64,000 nucleotides of DNA from an uncultured Eubacteriales bacterium (GTDB lineage Bacteria; Bacillota; Clostridia; Oscillospirales; CAG-272). The stretch's first letter is position 1. Every line of letters starts with the position of its first letter. Where the stretch lies: assembly GCA_934481515.1 (NCBI GenBank), contig CAKSPO010000001.1:27561-91560 (forward strand). The letters run 5' to 3'. The position numbers were made by a program, and so were the translations under genes. A model generated the notes under the pieces. It did not search any database and had not been told where the DNA came from. It saw only the letters and a list, made by a program, of their open reading frames with translations. Below are positions 1 to 9,144 of this stretch, one piece after another.

Positions 1-1638
1 TTCCGGAAGGAAATCCGCCGACTGACCTTTGAATTCGGTACACTGACCTCCAAGCAGGCAAAGGAAGAGGATTCGGTATACGCACAGTATTACGATTATT
101 CCGAGGCGCTCAAAAAGGTGCTGCCGCACCGGGTGCTTGCCATTAACCGCGGGGAAAAGGAAGGGTATCTGAAGGTCTCTGTCACCGTTGCTTCCGAAAT
201 TGTGCTGAAATACCTGTTTTCGAAACTTCTGCTCGGAAACCGCAGTCCGGCGGAGCCGTATGTTTCCGCCGCGATTACCGATGGCTATGACCGTCTGATT
301 GCACCGTCGGTGGAGCGGGAGATCCGGAACGACATTTTTGATAATGCCTGCGAAGGTGCCATCAAGGTTTTTGCCGATAACCTGAGTCATCTGCTGATGC
401 AGTCTCCGCTGAAAGGAAAAACCGTTCTCGGCTTTGACCCTGGCTATGCGCACGGATGCAAGCTGGCGGTTGTTGATAAAACCGGGAAAGTGGTGGACAC
501 TGCGGTCATTTATCCCGTCAAACCGCGCGAAGAAACGGAAAAGAGCAAAGCGGTTGTCAAGCGCCTGATTACGCGGCATCATGTGGATGTCATCGCCATC
601 GGAAACGGAACCGCTTCCAAGGAAAGCGAGATTTTCATTGCAAACCTGCTCCGGGAAATTCCGGAGGAGGTCAAATACATTGTGGTCAGCGAAGCGGGAG
701 CTTCCATTTATTCGGCTTCCAAGCTTGCCGCAGAAGAGTTCCCGGACTTTGATGTTATGCAGAGAAGTGCCGTCTCCATCGCACGGAGATTGCAGGACCC
801 GCTGGCGGAGCTGATTAAAATTGATCCCAAGGGCATCGGGGTCGGACAGTATCAGCATGATATGAAGCAGGCGCGGTTGGATGAGGCGCTCGGCGGCGTC
901 GTAGAGGATTGCGTCAACGCCGTCGGCGTGGATATCAATACGGCATCCTATTCGCTTCTGTCCTATATTTCGGGTATCAATATCACTTCCGCAAAAAACA
1001 TTGTCAGATATCGTGAGGAGAACGGAGAATTTTCCGATCGTGCACAGCTTTTGAAGGTGCCGCGCATCGGAGCCAAGGCATATGAGCAGGCTGCCGGATT
1101 TTTGCGCGTTCCGGGTGGAAAGGAAATTCTGGACAATACCGGCGTTCACCCGGAATCGTATGAAGCGACCGAAAAGCTGCTTGCAATGTTCGGCTACGGA
1201 AAGGAGGACGTTGCGGCAGGCGGGCTGAAGGAGCTGGCGGCAAAGGTGCATAAAACCGGGGACGCAAAAGTGGCGGGAGAGCTTGGTATCGGCGTTCCCA
1301 CGCTTTGCGACATCCTCGCTGAGCTGGAGAAGCCGGGACGGGACATCCGTGACACCCTGCCTCCTCCGGTACTCCGTGACGATATCCTTTCCATGGAGGA
1401 TCTCAAGCCGGGTATGGAACTGACCGGAACTGTCCGCAACGTCATTGATTTTGGTGCATTTGTTGACATCGGTGTTCATCAGGACGGACTGGTACACATT
1501 TCTCAGCTTGCAGATAAATTCGTCAAGCACCCGGCGGATGTTGTCAAGGTTGGCGACATTGTCAAGGTGCGCGTTCTGAGCGTGGATGTTGCAAAAAAAC
1601 GGATTGCGCTGACCATGCGGAAAAAGCCGGAGGCATAA
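1..1638 (+). CDS. tex: Tex-like transcription accessory protein, C-terminal ~545 aa (5' end lies outside the window)
   Basis: Frame 1 is open from base 1 (FRKEIRRLTFEFG...) into the 118..1638 ORF. It has a YqgF/RuvX-like core (GFDPGYAHGCKLAVVD), an HhH region and a C-terminal S1 domain (GTVRNVIDFGAFVDIGVHQDGLVHISQL). Confidence 0.85.
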   Translation, partial: FRKEIRRLTFEFGTLTSKQAKEEDSVYAQYYDYSEALKKVLPHRVLAINRGEKEGYLKVSVTVASEIVLKYLFSKLLLGNRSPAEPYVSAAITDGYDRLIAPSVEREIRNDIFDNACEGAIKVFADNLSHLLMQSPLKGKTVLGFDPGYAHGCKLAVVDKTGKVVDTAVIYPVKPREETEKSKAVVKRLITRHHVDVIAIGNGTASKESEIFIANLLREIPEEVKYIVVSEAGASIYSASKLAAEEFPDFDVMQRSAVSIARRLQDPLAELIKIDPKGIGVGQYQHDMKQARLDEALGGVVEDCVNAVGVDINTASYSLLSYISGINITSAKNIVRYREENGEFSDRAQLLKVPRIGAKAYEQAAGFLRVPGGKEILDNTGVHPESYEATEKLLAMFGYGKEDVAAGGLKELAAKVHKTGDAKVAGELGIGVPTLCDILAELEKPGRDIRDTLPPPVLRDDILSMEDLKPGMELTGTVRNVIDFGAFVDIGVHQDGLVHISQLADKFVKHPADVVKVGDIVKVRVLSVDVAKKRIALTMRKKPEA

Positions 1639-1863
1639 ACGACGCAAATTCTTTGTACAATTTCTTTTTGGTTTTTAATATATTAATATTCAGACACGTC
1701 ATTTTTGCTTCTTCACACGGAAAAAGGAAGAAAAGATGTGCATATTGCACAACTGCCGAATCGAAATTTTGGGAAAATACACGCTTCCTTTTCACCGGAA
1801 ATTTTGATAAAATATGATACGTGAAAATACTGCCTTCCATTGGCACACAGGAGGAATCTTTCC

Positions 1864-2979
1864 ATGGCAAGTTTGTCCCTCAGACATATTTATAAAAAGT
1901 ATCCGGGCGGCGTTACTGCAGTTTCGGATTTCAATCTGGAAATCAAGGATAAAGAGTTTCTGGTTTTGGTCGGTCCTTCCGGATGCGGAAAGTCCACGAC
2001 CCTTCGTATGATCGCCGGTTTGGAGGAAATCTCCGAGGGCGAATTGTTCATCGGCGACCGTCTGGTCAACGATGTTGCACCGAAGGATCGTAAGATCGCC
2101 ATGGTGTTCCAGAACTACGCCCTGTATCCGCATATGTCCGTGTTTGAAAATATGGCATTCGGTTTGAAGCTGAGCAAGGTGCCGAAGGAAACCATCAAGA
2201 AAAAGGTGGAGGAAGCCGCCAGAATTCTGGACATCACCCACCTGTTGGACCGGAAGCCGAAGGCTTTGTCCGGAGGTCAGAAGCAGCGTGTTGCACTGGG
2301 ACGCGCAATCGTCCGCGACCCGCAGGTATTCCTGCTTGACGAGCCGCTTTCCAACTTGGACGCAAAGCTCCGTGCAACCATGAGAACCGAGCTGACCAAA
2401 CTGCACAATCGTGTGCAGACCACGTTTGTTTACGTTACGCACGACCAGATCGAGGCTATGACCATGGCGACCAGAATCGTCGTTATGAAGGACGGTCTGA
2501 TTCAGCAGGTGGATACCCCTCAGACGCTGTATGATAAGCCGGTCAATATTTTCGTCGCCGGATTTATCGGAACTCCGCAGATGAACTTCCTCAACGGTAC
2601 GCTGGAAAAGCGGAATGACGGTGTGTACTTTATTTATGAAGGCAACGCATTGAAGGTTCCGGAAGAGAAGGCAAAGTCGGAGGCGCTTGCTGAATACATC
2701 GGCAAGGAAGTGGTTGCCGGGCTGCGTCCGGAGTGCATTCATGACGATGCACTCAACCTTGCCAACAGCGCAGATGCAACTCTGCAGGCGGATGTTGATG
2801 TGACCGAGTTGATGGGCGCTGAGATTTACCTGTACCTTAAGGTTGGAGAAGAAGGCAAGCTGATTGCTCGCGTTTCTTCCAGATCCACCACCCGCGCAGG
2901 TGAAAACATCAAGATCGCATTTGATATGGACAGAATGCACTTCTTCGATAAGGACACCGAGCGGTGCATCATTCACTGA
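1864..2979 (+). CDS. Sugar ABC transporter ATP-binding protein (MalK/MsmK/UgpC family), stand-alone
   Basis: Start moved to ATG 1864 (AGGAGG at 1849-1854). Walker A GPSGCGKST, signature LSGGQKQR, Walker B FLLDEPLS, and a MalK-type C-terminal domain. No permease or binding-protein gene is adjacent. Confidence 0.9.
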   Translation: MASLSLRHIYKKYPGGVTAVSDFNLEIKDKEFLVLVGPSGCGKSTTLRMIAGLEEISEGELFIGDRLVNDVAPKDRKIAMVFQNYALYPHMSVFENMAFGLKLSKVPKETIKKKVEEAARILDITHLLDRKPKALSGGQKQRVALGRAIVRDPQVFLLDEPLSNLDAKLRATMRTELTKLHNRVQTTFVYVTHDQIEAMTMATRIVVMKDGLIQQVDTPQTLYDKPVNIFVAGFIGTPQMNFLNGTLEKRNDGVYFIYEGNALKVPEEKAKSEALAEYIGKEVVAGLRPECIHDDALNLANSADATLQADVDVTELMGAEIYLYLKVGEEGKLIARVSSRSTTRAGENIKIAFDMDRMHFFDKDTERCIIH

Positions 2980-2985
2980 TAGAAC

Positions 2986-3026
2986 AAAGCAAAAGAACCG
3001 CGGAAAAACTGCGGTTCTTTTGCTTT
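2986..3026 (+). terminator. Rho-independent terminator after the ABC ATPase gene
   Basis: AAAGCAAAAGAACCGC / GCGGTTCTTTTGCTTT perfect inverted repeat around a 9 nt loop, T-rich 3' side. Confidence 0.7.
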
Positions 3027-3151
3027 GCCCGTTGCAATCCGGAGAAAAATCTGTTATAATAGACAGCGAAAAGCTTTGAAGGAAAGTGAGCAACGAAAAC
3101 GGGACGGTGAGAGAGAAACACCGCTTTTTTCGGTAAAAGGAACAAACAGCA

Positions 3152-3829
3152 ATGAGGATGAGAAGAAAGAAGCACGGCGCCGAACGGATTGCCGCATGCG
3201 CGGAGTTGCTGATTCAGCCGCCGAAGCCGGTGGGCGGATCGGATGCAGAAACGAAGGTCACACCGACAGAACCGAAGACCTATTTTTCAGTGAATCGCCC
3301 GGTTTGCCTTGAGATCGGGTGCGGCAAGGGAGATTTTGCGGTCGGTATGGCGGCAAAGCATCCGGAGTATTCCTGGATCGCCATGGAGCGCGTCTCGGAT
3401 GTCGCCTGCCTTGCGCTGGAAAAGGCGATGGCGAGTGCAAAGGACCGACCGGATAACCTGCGGTTTCTGATCGGAGACGCAAGAAATCTGACCGAATGGT
3501 TTTCGCCGCACTCCATTGAAGCGCTGTATCTGAATTTCAGCGATCCGTGGCCGAAGAAAGGGTACGCCAAGCGTCGCCTGACCCATGAGGGATTTTTGCA
3601 ATTGTACCGTAAAATTCTCCGTCCCGGCGGAATGCTCTATCTCAAAACCGATAATGAGGGGTTGTTTGATTTCAGCCTTGAAGAGTTTGCCAAGTGCGGA
3701 CTGACCGTGGAATGGCAGACAAGAGATCTGCACCGTTCCGAAAAGGCGGCAGAGAACGTTATGACCGAATACGAACGGAATTTTTCCGCACAGGGTCAGG
3801 TGATTTATTCTGCGTGGGGACGGTTTTAA
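3152..3829 (+). CDS. trmB: tRNA (guanine46-N7)-methyltransferase
   Basis: SAM-binding EIGCGKGDF and the NFSDPWPKKGYAKRRL motif typical of TrmB. Confidence 0.85.
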   Translation: MRMRRKKHGAERIAACAELLIQPPKPVGGSDAETKVTPTEPKTYFSVNRPVCLEIGCGKGDFAVGMAAKHPEYSWIAMERVSDVACLALEKAMASAKDRPDNLRFLIGDARNLTEWFSPHSIEALYLNFSDPWPKKGYAKRRLTHEGFLQLYRKILRPGGMLYLKTDNEGLFDFSLEEFAKCGLTVEWQTRDLHRSEKAAENVMTEYERNFSAQGQVIYSAWGRF

Positions 3830-3838
3830 GGAGGAAAC

Positions 3839-4432
3839 ATGCTGAAAGAATTACTGCAAAAAAGCCGGAGCTACCGGAGCTTTGACAGGAACGTTCCGCT
3901 GTCCGAAGAACAGCTGCGGGACTGGATTTCCGACGTGCGCTTTTGCCCGTCCAGCATCAATCTTCAGGTACTGAAATTCCGCATGGTGCTTGACGGAGAA
4001 GAATGTGCGCACGTACTCTCCCTGACCCGTTGGGCGGGAAAACTTCGTGACATTCATTTGCCGCCCGCGGGACACGAGCCGACCGCGTATATTGTCATTT
4101 GTGCTGACACCGGAATCACGCCCCACGCGGCAGACTTTGACAAGGATGTCGGCATTGCCGCGCAGACCATTATGCTGGCGGCGGCAGAAGCGGGCTACGG
4201 AGGGTGCATGAACGGCTCCTTCCGGCCGCAGGAGCTGAGCGTGGCGCTCGAACTTCCGGACGGAATTGTTCCCAAGCTGGTTCTGGCGCTCGGAAAGCCG
4301 GACGAGAGAGTGGAGCTTGTTGCTGAAACCGATGACGGAAACGTAGATTATTACCGGGAAAACGGCGTTCACTATGTCAGAAAACGTCCGACAGAGGAAC
4401 TGATCCTTTCCGGACAAAAGAAAGGGGACTGA
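3839..4432 (+). CDS. Nitroreductase family protein
   Basis: GGAGG lies just upstream of the ATG. The ~197 aa product has nitroreductase-fold hallmarks (SYRSF near the N-terminus, DVGIAAQTIMLAAAEAGYGGC). Confidence 0.7.
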   Translation: MLKELLQKSRSYRSFDRNVPLSEEQLRDWISDVRFCPSSINLQVLKFRMVLDGEECAHVLSLTRWAGKLRDIHLPPAGHEPTAYIVICADTGITPHAADFDKDVGIAAQTIMLAAAEAGYGGCMNGSFRPQELSVALELPDGIVPKLVLALGKPDERVELVAETDDGNVDYYRENGVHYVRKRPTEELILSGQKKGD

Positions 4433-4433
4433 C

Positions 4434-5381
4434 GTGAAAATACCGGAAGAAACGATGGTTCCGGCATGCGGTACGACGGCGGAGCCAAGCGGGGTGTTGA
4501 TTGTCAACAAGCATGCCGGCGTGACTTCCCACGATATTGTAAACCGGATTCGCCGACTGTACGGAACGCGCCGCGTAGGGCATACCGGAACGCTGGATCC
4601 CATGGCGACGGGCGTATTGGTGGTTTTGATCGGCAGGGCTGCCAAGGCGGCGGAATACCTCACCTCCGACAGCAAGCGGTATCGCGCCGAATTGCGCCTG
4701 GGACTTACCACGGATACGGAGGACATCACCGGAACGAAGCTGACAGAGTGCGACCGCTTGCCGACGGCGGAGGAGGTTGCACGGATTGTGCCGGAATTTT
4801 GCGGTACCATCGCACAGATTCCTCCGATGTACAGCGCACTGAAGGTCAACGGAAAGAAACTTGTGGATCTTGCGCGGCAGGGAGAGGTCATTGAGCGGAA
4901 ACCGAGAGAGATTACCGTTTTCTCACTGACGGTGCAACCGACTGACCGCGCGGACAGTTATCTTCTGGAGGTGCATTGTTCCGGCGGAACCTACATCCGG
5001 ACGCTTTGCGCCGATATGGGACGGGCGCTTGGGTGCGGCGGCGTTATGGCATCGCTGGAGCGGACGGAAACCGGCGGCTTTTCCATCCGGGAAGCCCATA
5101 CGGCAGCGGAACTGGAGGAAATGACGCCGGAGGAGCGGCAGGCACTGCTGATTCCGACCGAGGCTCTGTTCCAAAGCCTCCCATCCCTCCGCCTTCCGGC
5201 GTTTTATGAAAAGCTGTGCCGGAGCGGATGCGAAATTTACCTGAAAAAAATCGGTGCTGATCTGCCGGTGGGAAGCCGTGCGCGTCTTTGTGACGCCGGA
5301 GGGGATTTTTTTGCCGTCGGAGAGGTTGGAATGTATAACGACGGCGCGGCAATCAAAGCGCTGAAGACGTTCGTCCTGTGA
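4434..5381 (+). CDS. truB: tRNA pseudouridine(55) synthase
   Basis: GVLIVNKHAGVTSHD and the catalytic Asp motif HTGTLDPMATGVL. The GTG start abuts the upstream stop; ATG 4455 is an alternative start. Confidence 0.9.
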   Translation: MKIPEETMVPACGTTAEPSGVLIVNKHAGVTSHDIVNRIRRLYGTRRVGHTGTLDPMATGVLVVLIGRAAKAAEYLTSDSKRYRAELRLGLTTDTEDITGTKLTECDRLPTAEEVARIVPEFCGTIAQIPPMYSALKVNGKKLVDLARQGEVIERKPREITVFSLTVQPTDRADSYLLEVHCSGGTYIRTLCADMGRALGCGGVMASLERTETGGFSIREAHTAAELEEMTPEERQALLIPTEALFQSLPSLRLPAFYEKLCRSGCEIYLKKIGADLPVGSRARLCDAGGDFFAVGEVGMYNDGAAIKALKTFVL

Positions 5382-5430
5382 ACGACGGATGTGTCGGAAT
5401 CAAAAAATACGAAATGCTGAGAGAAAAAAG

Positions 5431-6672
5431 ATGAAACATGAACTTTACGGAAATGCGGTGGTCGGTCAGAGCGGCGGCCCCACTGCAGCAATCAATGCAA
5501 CGCTCGCCGGGGTCATCCGCGGGGTCGCGGAGCATTCGGACGGCGGGAAAATCGGAACGCTTTACGGAATGCGCAATGGGATCGAAGGACTGATGCAGGA
5601 GAACCTTGTCAATCTGAGTGCTTTTTTTGATACGGAGGAAAAGCTTCACCTTTTGGAGCAGACGCCGGCGGCGGCTCTCGGCTCCTGCCGGAAAAAGCTT
5701 CCGGTTCCGGAGGGAAATGAGGCATTTTATGAGACGCTGATTTCCGTATTCCGCAAATACGACATTCGTTATTTCTTCTATATCGGCGGAAACGATTCCA
5801 TGGATACCGTGGCAAAGCTTTCCGCGTATACCGAGGCGCACGATTATGAGATGGTGGTGCTCGGAATCCCGAAAACCATCGACAATGATCTGGTCGGAAC
5901 CGATCATACACCCGGCTTTGGCTCTGCCGCGAAATACATTGCCGTCACCACGCAGGAGATTCTGCGGGATTGTGCCGTTTACCGGATTCCCGCCGTCACC
6001 ATCATAGAGGTCATGGGCAGGGATGCCGGGTGGCTCACTGCCGCCTCCGCCATCGGACGGGTGGTCAACGGAACCGAACCGGATTTGGTGTATCTGCCGG
6101 AAAGGACCTTTGATCTTGATGCGTTCTTCCGTGACGTACGTGCTGCATTGGAACGGCATCCGAACGTGGTGGTTGCGGTATCGGAAGGCTTGCGCTTTGC
6201 TGACGGGAGGTACGTGGGAGAAGGAACCCAGAGCGGAGCCACCGATGCCTTCGGACATGCCTACCTTGCCGGAACCGGGAAAGCGTTGGAACTTGCGGTC
6301 AAGGCGGAAATCGGCTGTAAGGTGCGTTCCATTGAGCTGAATCTGCCACAGCGGTGTGCGGCTCATATGGCATCTGCAACCGACCTGCGCGAGTCGGTGC
6401 TGGTTGGAAAGAGTGCTGTCAGGGCGGCTGGAGAAGGAATCAACCGGAGAATGATGGTCATTCGCCGGATTTCGGAGGAGCCGTACCGGGTGGAAATCGA
6501 CTCGTCGGATGTCGCGAAAATTGCAAACCGCATCCGGTGCGTGGAGGATTGCTTTATCAATGCGGAGGGAAATCACGTGACCGATGCATGTTGCAATTAT
6601 CTGCTCCCGCTGATTGAGGGAGAGCCTGAGGTTGTGTTTGAAAAGGGGCTGCCGAAGCATCTTTTTCTTTGA
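5431..6672 (+). CDS. pfp: 6-phosphofructokinase, probably pyrophosphate-dependent (PPi-PFK)
   Basis: Start at ATG 5431 (MKHELYGNAVVGQSGGPTAAINA). PFK family. The GGNDS and PKTIDNDL motifs carry Asp and Lys where ATP-PFKs have Gly and Gly. Confidence 0.8.
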   Translation: MKHELYGNAVVGQSGGPTAAINATLAGVIRGVAEHSDGGKIGTLYGMRNGIEGLMQENLVNLSAFFDTEEKLHLLEQTPAAALGSCRKKLPVPEGNEAFYETLISVFRKYDIRYFFYIGGNDSMDTVAKLSAYTEAHDYEMVVLGIPKTIDNDLVGTDHTPGFGSAAKYIAVTTQEILRDCAVYRIPAVTIIEVMGRDAGWLTAASAIGRVVNGTEPDLVYLPERTFDLDAFFRDVRAALERHPNVVVAVSEGLRFADGRYVGEGTQSGATDAFGHAYLAGTGKALELAVKAEIGCKVRSIELNLPQRCAAHMASATDLRESVLVGKSAVRAAGEGINRRMMVIRRISEEPYRVEIDSSDVAKIANRIRCVEDCFINAEGNHVTDACCNYLLPLIEGEPEVVFEKGLPKHLFL

Positions 6673-6720
6673 TTGAACCTTGACATAAAAACTTTTACTG
6701 TTTGGCGAAGGAGTAAAATT

Positions 6721-7524
6721 ATGAGATTCTTTACAGAACCCATCCGGGTGGGAACGCGGGAGGTACCGCTCCGGAGCTATCTTCCGGATGCCGCGCCCAA
6801 GGCGTTTTATCAGGAAAACCGTCCGGCGGTTCTGGTCTTTCCGGGCGGGGGATATGCGATGACCTATCCCGGAGAAGCGGAGCCGATCGCCCTGCAATAT
6901 CTGGCGGCGGGATTCTGCGCGTTTGTTTTGGATTACAGCGTCGCACCGGCACGGTTTCCGCAGGCGCTCCTGGAGGCGCTGACCGTAATCCGAACAGTAC
7001 GGGATCACGCGAAGGATTACGGGATTGATCCGCATAGGATTTCGGTCTGCGGTTTTTCCGCGGGCGGACATCTGGCAGGGTGCACCGGAACGCTCTGGGA
7101 CCATTCCTGCCTTGACGGAATGCTGGAGGGCGAGAGAGCGCAATACCGACCGGATGCAATGGTGCTTTCCTACCCGGTGCTCACGTATGAAAGCCATAAA
7201 GACTCCTACCGGAATCTTCTCGGGAAAAACGATACCGCAGAGATGCGGGAGCTTCTTTCTCTGGATCGCCGGGTCGGAGCGGATACACCGCCTGCTTTTC
7301 TTTGGCACACCGCCGAGGACGACGGCGTTTCCGCAGAGTGCAGTCTCCTTTTTGCGGCGGCAATGCGACGAAACCGGATTCCGTTCGAGGTACATATCTA
7401 CGAGAACGGAGGTCACGGAAGCTGTCTCGGCAACTACGTCAGTGGGTTCGGTCAGGCGCCGGATCGTCCGTATGCGTCTGCCTCTTGGGTGGAGGAATCC
7501 ATTCGCTTCCTCCTTCGGCACTGA
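6721..7524 (+). CDS. Alpha/beta hydrolase (acetyl esterase/lipase-like)
   Basis: Start ATG 6721 (MRFFTEP). FPGGGY oxyanion-hole motif and GFSAGGH nucleophile elbow. Confidence 0.75.
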   Translation: MRFFTEPIRVGTREVPLRSYLPDAAPKAFYQENRPAVLVFPGGGYAMTYPGEAEPIALQYLAAGFCAFVLDYSVAPARFPQALLEALTVIRTVRDHAKDYGIDPHRISVCGFSAGGHLAGCTGTLWDHSCLDGMLEGERAQYRPDAMVLSYPVLTYESHKDSYRNLLGKNDTAEMRELLSLDRRVGADTPPAFLWHTAEDDGVSAECSLLFAAAMRRNRIPFEVHIYENGGHGSCLGNYVSGFGQAPDRPYASASWVEESIRFLLRH

Positions 7525-7565
7525 GAGAGTGGAAATCCCTTGACTTTGAAAAACGGAGAATCCCG

Positions 7566-7586
7566 AAAACGGGGTTCCCGTTTTTT
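7566..7586 (+). terminator. Rho-independent terminator after the esterase gene
   Basis: AAAACGGG-gtt-CCCGTTTT hairpin followed by TT. It is nested in an outer ATCCCGAAA...TTTCGGGAT repeat. Confidence 0.6.
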
Positions 7587-7685
7587 GATTTCGGGATATT
7601 TTTCAGAAAAAAGGGCAAAAAAGGAAGCGACCGGCGAAAATCAGGAAAAAAGGACGGAATTTCTTTGTTTTTTTTCGAAAAACTA

Positions 7686-7714
7686 TAGATTTTTATAAGA
7701 TAATATAGTATAAT
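7686..7714 (+). promoter_or_regulatory. Candidate sigma-A promoter of the hydrogenase operon
   Basis: TATAAT at 7709-7714. A weak -35 (TAGATT) sits 17 bp upstream, in a very AT-rich stretch with phased A-tracts further upstream. Confidence 0.35.
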
Positions 7715-7818
7715 AAAATGTCCATGTATGCGAACAGCGAGCCTTTGGGGAGATTTTGCGCTTCCGGGTTTGGCAAACTGTCCGCGGTCAGAAAATATTT
7801 CAGGAGGTTTTTGGACTT

Positions 7819-8313
7819 ATGAAAAAGAAATTGACTACGGTCGATTTTCACGGGACCAAAGAGCAGGAGGAACAACTGCTTGCCGTCATCGAAAAGCATG
7901 CCGGCGAGAAGGGATCCATGATGCCGATTCTGCAGGAGGCACAGGGGATTTACGGCTACCTTCCGATTGAGGTTCAGAAGATCATTGCCGAGAAGACCGG
8001 TGTTTCTCTCGAAGAGATCTTCGGAATTGCGTCGTTCTATGCGCAGTTCAAGCTGAATCCGGACGGACAGTATGCAATTGCGGTATGTCTTGGAACGGCA
8101 TGCTATGTCAAAGGCTCCGGCGCCATCATTGAGGAAATTTCCAAGAAACTGAATGTGGCGGTCGGAAGCACTTCTCCGGACGGAAGATATTCCGTGGAAG
8201 CCACGCGGTGCATCGGCGCCTGCGGTCTGGCACCGGTACTGACGGTAAACGGTGAGGTTTACGGAAGACTGACGGTCAAGGATGTGGATACCATCCTTGC
8301 AAAATACGTCTGA
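7819..8313 (+). CDS. hydC: [FeFe] hydrogenase small subunit HydC (NuoE/HndA-like [2Fe-2S] protein)
   Basis: AGGAGG 7802-7807 then ATG 7819. NuoE-type Cys pattern (CLGTAC ... CIGACGLAP). First gene of the operon ending in hydB/hydA. Confidence 0.85.
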   Translation: MKKKLTTVDFHGTKEQEEQLLAVIEKHAGEKGSMMPILQEAQGIYGYLPIEVQKIIAEKTGVSLEEIFGIASFYAQFKLNPDGQYAIAVCLGTACYVKGSGAIIEEISKKLNVAVGSTSPDGRYSVEATRCIGACGLAPVLTVNGEVYGRLTVKDVDTILAKYV

Positions 8314-8337
8314 TTCAGCGCCCTTTCACGGTACCGA

Positions 8338-8694
8338 GTGATGAAGATCTGCGAAATCAGAAAATTGCTGGACGCGGAAATTGTCTGCGGAGAAGAGTTG
8401 ATGGATCGGGAGGTTTCTTCCGCCTGCGGGAGCGACATGATGAGTGACGTGCTTGCGTATGTCAAGGATCAGGCGGTGCTTCTGACGGGACTTGTCAACT
8501 CTCAGGTAGTTCGTACCGCCGAGATGATGGACATGATCTGTATTGTCTTTGTCCGCGCCAAGGGACCGACCGAGGAAATGATCCGCCTTGCGGAAGAAGG
8601 CGGAATGGTACTGCTGAAGACGAAAAAAAGAATGTATGAGGCTTGCGGAAAGCTCTATGCCGCAGGACTCGGTGCAAACGGAGCAGCGGAATGA
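8338..8694 (+). CDS. DRTGG-domain-like small protein (paralogue 1)
   Basis: ~117 aa. The pattern VLLTGLVNSQVVRTAEMMDMICIVFVRAKGPTEEMIRLAEEGGMVLL resembles DRTGG domains and is paralogous to 10427..10756. ATG 8341 is an equally possible start. The stop overlaps the next start (ATGA). Confidence 0.55.
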   Translation: MMKICEIRKLLDAEIVCGEELMDREVSSACGSDMMSDVLAYVKDQAVLLTGLVNSQVVRTAEMMDMICIVFVRAKGPTEEMIRLAEEGGMVLLKTKKRMYEACGKLYAAGLGANGAAE

Positions 8695-9113
8695 ACGAAG
8701 CAATCAGACTTCATTATACCGTGGACGGAGAGGATTTTACATCGGCGGGTCAGGCATCCGTGCAGGTAAAGAAGACCCTGCGCCAGCTTGGGATCGCTCC
8801 GGAGACCATCCGCAAGGTTTCCATTGCCATGTATGAAGGAGAAATCAACATGGTCATTCACGCCGGCGGCGGAGATGCGACGGTGCTGATCTGTGAGGAT
8901 CGGATCGAGATTCATCTGGACGATCAGGGTCCCGGAATTGCGGATATTGAACTGGCAATGCAGGAGGGATATTCCACGGCGCCGGACAGCGTCCGGTCTC
9001 TCGGATTCGGAGCCGGCATGGGACTTCCCAATATGAAACGCTATACCGATTCCATGCAGATTGATTCAAAGCCGGGACAGGGGACAAGGATCACTATGAC
9101 AGTACGGCTCTGA
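8691..9113 (+). CDS. Stand-alone GHKL ATPase (anti-sigma-factor/RsbW-like serine kinase fold)
   Basis: N-box EGEINMVIHA, G1 DDQGPGI, G2 GFGAGMGLPN. No DHp/His phosphoacceptor domain. ATGA overlap with the upstream gene. Confidence 0.7.
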   Translation: MNEAIRLHYTVDGEDFTSAGQASVQVKKTLRQLGIAPETIRKVSIAMYEGEINMVIHAGGGDATVLICEDRIEIHLDDQGPGIADIELAMQEGYSTAPDSVRSLGFGAGMGLPNMKRYTDSMQIDSKPGQGTRITMTVRL

Positions 9114-9144
9114 ACCGCACTTCCGGCGGAAAGGAAACGATACC

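Noticed and set aside
5353-7521. 722-codon minus-strand ORF. Similar long antisense ORFs occur at 18256-20481, 20584-21999, 27143-28786, 48825-50183, 50277-51911, 55687-57087 and 59064-60656.
   Set aside because: The three I checked (5353-7521, 12084-16181, 40123-42945) are each codon-aligned mirrors of a well-supported sense gene. The others likewise lie wholly antisense to well-supported sense genes (ileS, gdpP, xseA, ispA, the carboxyltransferases). Their translations are Arg/Gly/Pro-rich nonsense without motifs.
7525-7818. Rex or other redox-regulator operator in front of the hydrogenase operon
   Set aside because: No TTGTGAA-n6-TTCACAA-like or TTGTTAA-n4-TTAACAA-like inverted repeat is present. 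The only symmetric element is a 5 bp-arm GTTTG-G-CAAAC, too short to call.
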